Source: Neocallimastix sp. 'constans' (Eukaryota). From it: a stretch of 64,000 bases of DNA. Numbering within the stretch: the first letter of the stretch is position 1; every line of letters starts with the position of its first letter. The stretch spans positions 62,001 to 126,000 of the forward strand of contig JBODTK010000114.1 of assembly GCA_050613775.1 (NCBI GenBank), in the 5' to 3' direction. A model generated the notes under the pieces. That model worked only from the letters and a program-made list of their open reading frames with translations, did no database searches and was not told where the DNA came from. Shown here in pieces: positions 43,173 through 52,800 of this stretch. The position numbers and the translations under genes are program-made.

Positions 43173-44384
43173 GTTTTGATAGACTCGGGGTTGACACGTA
43201 TAGATTTAAAATCAAGCAGGGGGGGGGACGGGTATTACCCTGCTTTGATTTTAAATAAAAAAAAATTCTTTTTATTAAAAGTTATTTATTATTTATTAAT
43301 ATAAAAATTTATTTTTTTTTTAAAGTACAAATATTTAATTTTTAAGAAATATTTACAATATTTATATTTTTTTATGAATTTAAAGTATAATTATTTGTTT
43401 ATAATTTAAGTAATTTTATAGAATTATTGAATTAATTTTATATCAATAATTCGTTTTTGTTTTAATTTTTATAAATATAATAATATAATATTCAAATATA
43501 ATTTAATTAAAAATAATTATAAAATAAATATATAGAAAATAGTTTTTACTATTTTCTTTGATATTTTTAAGTTAAATAAATTGTTTTTAAAGATTAATAT
43601 AATAAATTTAATAATCTTTAATTATTTTAAATAATACTTGTAATTATTTTCAAAAATAAAATAAAATTTTTATAATATTTAATTAATAAATTTGATAATA
43701 TTTAGATAATAAATTTTTATAATAATTAATAATTTTTAATAATAATTTTTAATAATAAGTTTAATTAATAATCTTAATAATTTTATAATAATATTTAATA
43801 GATATAATAAATAAATTTTTATAATAATTTTAATAATTTTATAACATTAATAGTTTATAATAATTTTTATAATAATATTTAATTAATAATTTTAATAATT
43901 TTATAATAATTTTTATAATAATATTTAATTAATAGTTTTAATAATTTAGTATCTTAAAAGTATAATTTTAATATTTACAATTGTATTTTAATATATATAT
44001 ATATTTAATAATATAACAATAAAGTAATTAATTATGTTAGAAAATTAGTATTTTTAGTTTATAAATTTAATTAACATTTTAATTAATATTTTTATTTTAT
44101 TACAACTTTTATTATAATTTTAAATATTAAATAGTTTATTATAAATAAATAGGATATATTATATTAATATATAGTTTATATAGTTTATGAAAAAATTTTT
44201 ATTTTTATAAGCCTCTTTTATATAGTTAATATTAAAACATGTATTTAATGTATTAAAATATGCATGATCCATCAAATGTATTTTGTATGTATAAATAACA
44301 TTAAATTATGTATTCTTAAAAAATAAGCCTTTTGCTTCAAATAAATAAAGTTAATAAATAAACAAATATTGAGATTTTTTAACA

Positions 44385-44399
44385 GATTAAGAGTCTCAT
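44385..44399 (+). promoter_or_regulatory. PBS complementary to the anticodon arm of tRNA-Lys(CUU)
   Basis: GATTAAGAGTCTCAT is the reverse complement of ATGAGACTCTTAATC, recalled as positions ~26-40 of eukaryotic tRNA-Lys(CUU). Confidence 0.8.
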
Positions 44400-44450
44400 T
44401 TGACTCGATAAGCTTGTGTAGAAATTTAGAATACTTAGTTAATTAGGAAA

Positions 44451-44583
44451 TTTAGTAATTTAGTAACTTAGTAACTTAGTAACTTATTAACTTAGTAATT
44501 TGGCAATTTAGCAATTAGTAACTTAGTAACTTAGTAATTTAGTAATTTAGTAATTTAGTAATTTAGTAATTTAGCAATATAGT
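44451..44583. repeat. 8-bp tandem repeat TTAGTAAY in the Copia leader
   Basis: TTAGTAAC/TTAGTAAT array. Confidence 0.9.
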
Positions 44584-45164
44584 ATAATTAGGATATTTAA
44601 GATTAACAATACTTAAATATTGTAACGGAGGTGCTTCTATTGTAACGGCGGGACGTGGTATAGAAACACAGAAAGGAGAAAACTCAATAGGTTTACACTA
44701 TCTGTATAAATAATTCGTTTTATTAGAAATATTTTTTATTAATTATAAAATTTAAAATAATTATTAATATTAATCAACAAGGTAATATTTCGAATTACTT
44801 ATACGTTAATTATTATTAATAAAAGCACGAAGAAAAATATTTTCATTCGTGAAGTTCGCACTATTTATACTTTTAACGGAAAAACAGTTTTAACATGTAA
44901 AAATAATTTTAAAGAAATATTTAGAAATATGTTTGTAATAATTAATAATGTAAAGTTTCTAGAATATAGATTTTAATTGATGAAAATGAATCTTATCAAA
45001 AAAGAATAAAATAATTTATATAATAAGAATTTCTAAATTCATTTCGGTTGAATTACGAACCGAAAGAATCTTTAACTTTCTATAATTTTATACAGAAAGA
45101 ATATTCAAGAAGATATTATTAATAATTAATAAAATAATTAATAAAATAATTATTTATGCAAAAT

Positions 45165-45236
45165 GGGTTGAGGTGTGAGTCGAACCCATGAAGTATTGGT
45201 CATGGTCAATGTAACTAACCATTGAACCAAAGTTCT
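45165..45236 (-). other. tRNA-like A-box/B-box module in chromovirus LTR U3 (also 57140-57211, 63274-63345)
   Basis: TGGTTCAATGG (45229-45219) and GTTCGACTC (45185-45177), starts 44 nt apart, followed by TTTT; cloverleaf stems poorly paired. Confidence 0.55.
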
Positions 45237-45606
45237 AATTTTACTAACTGAAGATTTCGTTACATGGTCCGCCTCCAGGATTCGGATACCAGACGAATCT
45301 AACAGTTAGGCATAACTTATACTAAAATTAAGCAGACTAAACTAAACTAAACTAAATTAAACTAAACTAAACTAAACTAAACTAAAATAAAATAAAATAA
45401 AAATAATAATTAACCATTTTATAGTACGAACTTTTTTGAATAAAATTACATGATATTAATAAAGTTACATGAATATAATATATAATAAGAATACATGAAT
45501 ATTAATAATATTTAATAATATAAAATAATATTTAGTAATATTGATATTAATAAATTAATATAAGTTTGATATTAATAAAGTGAAGATTCATTTTCAAGTT
45601 TTAATT

Positions 45607-48051
45607 TTAGTTATTATTGTTAAATTCTTTTAAGAGTTTAGGGCAATTTAAGTTTTCTTCGGGTTCCCAAGATGCTTCAGATAAAGGATAGCCTTTCCAT
45701 TTAATAAGATATTGGGTTTTGCCATAATGTTTTCTTTTATCAAGAATTTTTTCAACTTCGTATTCTTCTTCATTGTCAATAATTATCGGTGGTGGTGGTT
45801 CTTTCTTTCGTCCAAAGTGATCTTCATAAAATGGTTCAAGTTCAGAAACATGTATTACAGGATGGATTCTGATTTCTTTTGGTAAGTCTAACTTATATGA
45901 AACGGGAGAAATTTTCTTAATGATTTTATATGGACCAAGTTTTCTGGGTTTAAGTTTTTTATTTCCATTATGAATTATAAGTGAACTATTAATCCACACT
46001 TTATCACCAGGTTCAAAATTTGGAGCTTCAATACGATGTTTGTTTGCAAATTCTTCTTGCTTTTTTCTTGCTTGTTGTAAATTTCCATTAAGTGTTTTAA
46101 ATAATTCTGAAAGGTCTTTTGTAAATTCATCAGCTCTAGGAACATCTGTACTGTTTGGAATTGATGATGAATATCTTGGATTATATCCATAGTTTGCATA
46201 AAAAGGTGAGTGCTTAATTGATTCTTGAATTGAATTATTATAACTGAATTCTGCTAGGAATAAAAAATTATACCAATCAGAACCTTTAAAGTTTGAATAA
46301 CATCTTAAGTATTGTTCAATAACGGAGTTCACCCTCTCCGTTGAACCATTGGTTTGGTGATGGAAGGGAGAAGCAAGTTTCGTTGTGATATTGAAAGATT
46401 TACATATAGCTGACCAAAATTTTGAAGTGAATTGAGAATCTTTATCAGAAAAAAAATCGGAGGGTGGTTTATGAATACGAAAGAGATCATTTAGGTCTTT
46501 CTTGGGAACAAATAAAACAGAAGCAGCAGCTGGAGATTTAGATTTTCTAATAAATTTTTTGTCTTCATTTTCTTTAATATAATTCTTCGAAGCTAGAGGT
46601 TCTTTTTCAGTTAAGGGGTAGATTGGGTCATAATGAAGTTTTTCATTTTGTTTGAGTTTAATCTCGCTATCAAAAGGACAATAAGGAGGTGATTCATTAG
46701 TGTATATTTTACTGAAAGTGTCTATAAAGGGAAGTAATTTTTTTGGTAATGATTTGCTTATTTTATTATTGATTTCTTCATTTTCATTTTTATCATTTTG
46801 TTTAGTAGTATTTAAAGGAACATAAGAAGTAAAGGAGTTAGGGATGATTAAACAATTTTCAATGCAATAATTGGAATTAAATCTTAAGACTTTATTTTTG
46901 AAGTCAATGTCGGGATTGTGAGTAGAAATCCATTCGAAACCTAAAATAGCACAATAAGAAGGAAGGTCAACCACATAGAATTGAGTATTACATTTATGGT
47001 TTTTATAAGTGATGGAAATAGGAAGAGTTTTTCCAAGAATAGTTTGCTTTCCACCAATGCCAGATACCTTAGGGAAATTAGTTTTGGTTGAATACGGGAT
47101 ATGATTTTCTTTAATATAGTAGATATCCATTAAATTGATTTGAGAACCAGTATCGAGAAGAATTTTAGCAGTAGAATTTGTATTATCAATACTTAAAGAA
47201 AATTCGTAAATAGGAAGATTTGAGTCAGAAACTCTGGGTCTAGATATAGGTTTTGATTCGGGATTAGAAACATAAGTGCTACTTGATGAAGGTTTATTTT
47301 TATTTTTATATTTATTTTTAAGTAGACAATTGTCGAGAGAATGTTCAGAGGATCCACAATATAAACAAAGATTTTCTCTTCTTCTTCTTTCTTTTTCTTC
47401 TTGAGATAGAGGTCCATGAGGTTTGGATTTAAATTGCTTTTGGAAAAAGAATGATTTTTTGCTCTTTTTATTTTTATTATTATTACTATTATTTGAATTT
47501 TGACCTTGAAGATTGGAGAATTGTCTATGAGTAGAAATACGATTATCGATTCTAGATGCAATTGTTTGCATAGCAAGGAGGGTTTGAGGTCCAGGAAACA
47601 TTTCTAAAATTCTAGTAGCAATATGGTCGTGTAGACCGGCAAGAAAGGCGTCCATCTTGGCTTCTTCATTCCAAGAAGATTCATCGGCGTATTTATTAAA
47701 TTCTAAAATATAATTTCTGACTTCACCAATTCGTTTTTGTTTGATTGTTCTTAATTTCTGGTTCGCAATAAAGGTAGAATCGTAGCTTCCAAATACTGAT
47801 TTTAATCTAGCAATGAATTGATTATAATTAAGGAGACAAGGATCTTGGTTTTCAATAAGGGTAGCAGCCCAATTCATGGCGTTTCCATACAAACGAGAAA
47901 TGATATAGATTACTTTAGCTTCATCGTTTGCAAATCTTTCCGGTTGAATCATAATAATAAGTTCCATTTTAGCTAGAAATCCTTTAAAGAATCGACGATC
48001 ACCAGCAAAACCGTCCTTAAAGGTAGGATTTTCTTGATTATAGTTGTCCAT
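45607..48051 (-). CDS. Gag - zinc knuckle - aspartic protease - RT stub - partial integrase - chromodomain polyprotein (814 aa)
   Basis: [40 protein letters not shown] joined to [48 protein letters not shown]. Confidence 0.92.
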   Translation of the reverse strand: MDNYNQENPTFKDGFAGDRRFFKGFLAKMELIIMIQPERFANDEAKVIYIISRLYGNAMNWAATLIENQDPCLLNYNQFIARLKSVFGSYDSTFIANQKLRTIKQKRIGEVRNYILEFNKYADESSWNEEAKMDAFLAGLHDHIATRILEMFPGPQTLLAMQTIASRIDNRISTHRQFSNLQGQNSNNSNNNKNKKSKKSFFFQKQFKSKPHGPLSQEEKERRRRENLCLYCGSSEHSLDNCLLKNKYKNKNKPSSSSTYVSNPESKPISRPRVSDSNLPIYEFSLSIDNTNSTAKILLDTGSQINLMDIYYIKENHIPYSTKTNFPKVSGIGGKQTILGKTLPISITYKNHKCNTQFYVVDLPSYCAILGFEWISTHNPDIDFKNKVLRFNSNYCIENCLIIPNSFTSYVPLNTTKQNDKNENEEINNKISKSLPKKLLPFIDTFSKIYTNESPPYCPFDSEIKLKQNEKLHYDPIYPLTEKEPLASKNYIKENEDKKFIRKSKSPAAASVLFVPKKDLNDLFRIHKPPSDFFSDKDSQFTSKFWSAICKSFNITTKLASPFHHQTNGSTERVNSVIEQYLRCYSNFKGSDWYNFLFLAEFSYNNSIQESIKHSPFYANYGYNPRYSSSIPNSTDVPRADEFTKDLSELFKTLNGNLQQARKKQEEFANKHRIEAPNFEPGDKVWINSSLIIHNGNKKLKPRKLGPYKIIKKISPVSYKLDLPKEIRIHPVIHVSELEPFYEDHFGRKKEPPPPIIIDNEEEYEVEKILDKRKHYGKTQYLIKWKGYPLSEASWEPEENLNCPKLLKEFNNNN

Positions 48052-49163
48052 ATTGAAATAAATAAGGTAGAGTAGAATAAGTTTTCAAAGGTAAAGAATA
48101 GGCGGTAGAATCCAGAAGTTCCCAAAGTGGTAGTAGAGATTCCAATAATCCAAAGGTAGATAGGTAGTAGCGATTCCAAAAGTTCAAAAGTTGTTTATTG
48201 GTAGGTTTCCAAGGTTAATGGATAAGAACACAAAATTTTAATAACACTTTATAATATTTTATAATTGAATATTTTTATTTTATAATTATTTATCAAAAAT
48301 TACTGAAATATAAACTAGATTATATAGTATTGGACCAACTAAATATATAATCTATCAAAGTTTTATACGATAAGTTCCTTTAGCCTTTTAGTGATAACGC
48401 AGATAAAATCGATTGTTAATGTCTTATAGACAAAAGGAAGTAATATTGTTAGATTCTTTATTATGTCTAACTTATTGTTAGCTGAAAAGAATAAAACAAA
48501 TTATTTTCCCCTATATCAATAGTATCTGAACACTAAAATGTTACGAAAACAGAGACCAACTTCTGTCGCTTTGGAAGTCGTATAAACCTTATATTTATAT
48601 TTTAATCTTTGTTTTCTTAATTATAAAATTATAATATTAATTATAAAATTATTAATTGATAGAATAGAATAGTACTATTGACTCACAACTATAGAAAAAA
48701 CCGTCAGTACTATTATAACTAGTGCCGCGAGTAAGCACGAAATAAAATTTTAAAATACTATATAATTTTAATCTTACGCCTTCGGTGACGTAAGCTCCTT
48801 ATTCGCCAGAGTTGTTGCAAACCTAGAACCGTTTTCCTTTATAATAGGCTACGGTGCTCTCTTATAGAGTTTTACCTAGTCTAGAACCAAATCTATTCGT
48901 CGAGTGCAACACTAAAGAAGACAATTCTTCTAACTCTGTATATGAGCTCTATTCGCTCGTATAAACGCTTTTTTAAATAAATAAATAAAAAATAAAATTG
49001 AACAAGTTTTTCTTGCTATTATTTCAAGCAAGTAATTTATTAAAATAATTAAAAAAAATTATTATTATAATTATTAATATTATTATTATTATTATTATTT
49101 TTTTTTTTTTTTATACTAAGCTAATTTAAAAAATTATTATTTTTGTGATAAATTAAATGAAAA

Positions 49164-49212
<49 letters not shown>

Positions 49213-49382
49213 TTATCTAAAACTAATTGATTTATTCACTAAATTAATCTAAAATATTTATCTTAAAAATTAAAAATTTTTCTTACTAAATTAATTTAAT
49301 ATTATTTATCTAATTATAAATTAATTTTGTTGGTAAATATTAGAATTAATTTTAAAGGGTTAAGGTAATACAAAATTAATTT

Positions 49383-49394
49383 AATATTATCTAA

Positions 49395-49435
<41 letters not shown>

Positions 49436-49464
49436 GTTAAGGTAATGTAAGTTTTATCTTAATA
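49383..49464. repeat. 82-bp segment duplicated at 56067-56151 (85 bp), flanking the Copia
   Basis: AATATTATCTAAAAAA-T(32/35)-AAAAGGTTAAGGTAATGTAAGTTTTATCTTAATA on both sides. Confidence 0.9.
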
Positions 49465-49652
49465 TGTTGTTAAAATTTAATTTATTAATATATAAAAATA
49501 AAGAAAACAAACACTCGAACGTACAAAACTCAATTAAACAATTGGGTTTATGAAATAATAATTTTATTAATAAATATTAAAATAATATATCTACATTAAA
49601 CAATGTAAATTTTTTATATAAAACTTCAAAAATCAATTAAATCTAGAAAAGA

Positions 49653-49714
<62 letters not shown>

Positions 49715-49838
49715 GTTTATAATAAAATATTAATAATTACTAAATAAATACATTTTACATTGATATTTGTACTACATATTATTTATTTTTTAATATTAAA
49801 TGTATTTATTATTTCACATTCCCCCTAATTATTAATTT

Positions 49839-52800
49839 TTATTTATATTTGTATAATAAACTATTTCTAAAATTTTGCATTTTATATTTATTTAAAAATT
49901 TCGTCAGACCATCTGCTTTATTATTCTTTGATTCTATGTATTCAAGTTCTACTTTTTTTTCCTTTATTAATTCTCTGATTTTATGATATTTAATGTCAAT
50001 GTGTTTTGATCTTGGGTTTATTGTATTATTTTCAGCGTTATATATTGCTGCTTGATTGTCAATGTAAATTTTTATGCATTCTCTTTGATCCTTTATTTCT
50101 CCTAAAATGTTTCTATACCATAAAGCTTGTTTCGCACATTCACATAGTCCATAATATTCGGCTTCTGCGGTGGAGGTAGCTACACACTTTTGAAGCTTTG
50201 AGTACCAACTAGTTGGACCTGAACCCATAAAATAGATAAAACCTGTCGTAGACCTTCTCGTTTCTTTATCATTAGCATAATCTGAATCGACATACGTTTT
50301 TAGACATTTTTCTCCATTAAATAAAATACCGTAATATTTTGCTCCTTTTAAATATCTGAATATTTGTATTACGTTTTTCCAATCTTTTACCTTTGGTTCT
50401 TTGCAATGTTGAGCTACTCTATTCACAGAAAACATAATATCTGGTCTTGTACAGATAGCCAAATATATTAAACTTCCTACGGCGGACCTATACGTTGTTG
50501 GATCAAATAATTCTTCATCATCTTCTTTATCAGATAAACTTGGTTCGGTAGTTCCTATTTCTTTACAATCTTTTAGTCCAAATTTTTCGAGTATGTCTTC
50601 CAAATATCTTTCTTGATGTAAAAGGTAACCATTAGGAATCCTTTCTATTTTTATACCTATAATAAAATTTGCTTTACCAATATCAGTTACAGAGTATTTT
50701 TCTTTAATTAGTCTTACTGTTTTATTAATTTCATCATCTTTACCTGTAATTAATAAATCATCTACGTATACTCCTATAACACACACGAGTTTATTATCTT
50801 TTTTCTTAATAAAAATACACGGTTCACTGACTAATTCATAGAATCCCAAATGTTTTAAAGTAGTACTAATATTATTATTCCATTCTCTTGCAGCCTGTTT
50901 TAGTCCATATAAAGCCTTTTGTAACTTAAAATATCCTTTTCCAAAATTTGGATCTCCTTCAGGTATCTTCATAAAAATGTCTTCCTTCAAATCGGCATAT
51001 AGATAAGCTGCCTTTATATCCATTTGGTGAATGTTAAAATTGTTTTCTGCAGCAATAAATATTATTATTCTTAATGAATCCTGCTTTAGTGTTGGTGAAA
51101 AAGTTTCTTTATAATCTTCTCCATATTCCTGGGTATAGCCTCTTGCTACTAGCCTTGCTTTATATTTATCGATTTTTCCTTCACTATCTCTTTTAATTTT
51201 GAAAACCCACCTGGAATCGATTATATTAGCGCCTTCAGGAACCTTTTCAATCTTTTTAAATACTTTCCTTTCTTTCATATTATTTAATTCGTTTTCTATA
51301 GCACTTATCCATTTTTCTTTGTCTTTTCTTTTGAAGATTTCCATATATGAATTTGGTTCTCTGATTTGGTTAATTGTCGTTAAACATTCCCTTTTTCTCT
51401 TATTACTGTTCTCTTGTATTTCTCCTCTATAGTCACTTACGTTAATTCCTTCCACATTTTCCTCTACATTTGTATTTACATTAGCATTTTTATTTAAACT
51501 TTTAACCTTTCTTTTTCCTTTATGCATTATTGTTTCATATTCTCTACTTTTATTTTTATTAAAATTCAGCGAATCATTATTAATTATTTTAAACTTCTCA
51601 AAATTTTTATTATTGTCCATTTTTGATTCATTAATTTTATTTTTTGAATTAATTAAATTATTTTTTAATTTATACGATTTTAATAAATTTTTATCTTTTG
51701 AAAATTTTTTATTGTCTTTATTTTTAAAAGTTAAATGTAAATTAGATTTTTGATTATTTTCTGAATAATTATTTTTTATATTAATTTTATATTTATTTAA
51801 AACTTCTACATGATTTTTTTTAGGATTTTTATCAAACTTTACAGGATTTTTGTCAGGATTTTCAGGATTTTTGTTTTCAATTATTTTGTTTTCAGGATAT
51901 ATTTGATTCATTAGGTTTGTATTATTTTTCGTATTATTTGTTTTTATTTTTATTTCCCTTGAATTCTTATTTTTTAATTTTGAATTGCTTGAATGATTTT
52001 CGGCATTAACTTTATTTGGATTAATTTCTAAATTAATTTTTTGACTAATTTCTTTATTATTATTATTATTATTATTATTACTACTATTATTATTATTATT
52101 ATTATTATTTGGAATAATATTTTTAACAATTTGTTTATTGTTATTTTCAAAAATTTCTTTGTTTACATCTAAATGAGAACACTCTTCATTGGGATTATTT
52201 TCACTCAAATTATTTTCAATCAAATTATTTTCACTCAAATTATTTTCACTCAAATTATTTTCACTCAAATTATTTTCACTCAAATTATTTTCACTCAAAT
52301 TATTTTCACTCAAATTATTTTCACTCAAATTATTTTCACTCAAATTATTTTTACTCAAATTGTTTTCAGTTGAATTATTATTATTTGAAGTATTTTCAAC
52401 TAAATTTTTATTTAAATTATTTTCAATTAAAATATTTTTATTTGAATTATCTTCAATTATAATGTTTTCTTTTAAATTAAACGCGTCATTTTCATTATTT
52501 TTGTTTATAATGGTAATTTCTTCTTTATCATAGTCATCTAATTCCAATATCTCTTTACCTTTATCTTTGTTTTTATTTATAATAGATACTTTTTCGCCGT
52601 TAATACTTTCTCCCTTACCTTTATTGAAATAAGTATCTTCGTTAACATTTCTATTTAGAATAACTTCACTATTATTATTGATTAATTTATTCCTTTCATT
52701 AATAATATTTATATTGTTTTTAATATTGTTTTCTTCGTTATAGTTCTGTTTACTTGTTGAACTTTCTTCTAATTTTTCTTTCTGTTTTGCTTCACCTAAT

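Larger units (their letters stand above)
41500..43256 (-). mobile_element. Truncated LTR retroelement 5' region: LTR end ~43177, tRNA-Ala-type PBS, long leader, gag-like ORF start (41883-41500)
   Basis: Minus strand ...TCTATCA-AAAC-TGGTGGAGATATCGGGGA; ORF DVKTWKSDLELWIKL with an acidic tract. Gag identity inferred from position. Confidence 0.6.

Noticed and set aside
45165..45236. Functional tRNA gene (CAT near the anticodon position)
   Set aside because: Acceptor and D stems do not pair; reported only as a tRNA-like promoter module
45265..45290. TGGTCCGCCTCCAGGATTCG after the LTR looks like a tRNA PBS on the plus strand, implying an antisense ORF
   Set aside because: It lies at the chromodomain (3') side; on the minus strand GGAGGCGGA fits a PPT position, and TATA, self-priming PBS and ORF all agree on minus orientation
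52173..52533. Repetitive plus-strand ORFs (QIIFT)n and (LKLFS)n
   Set aside because: Antisense shadows of the 15-bp repeat in Copia pol
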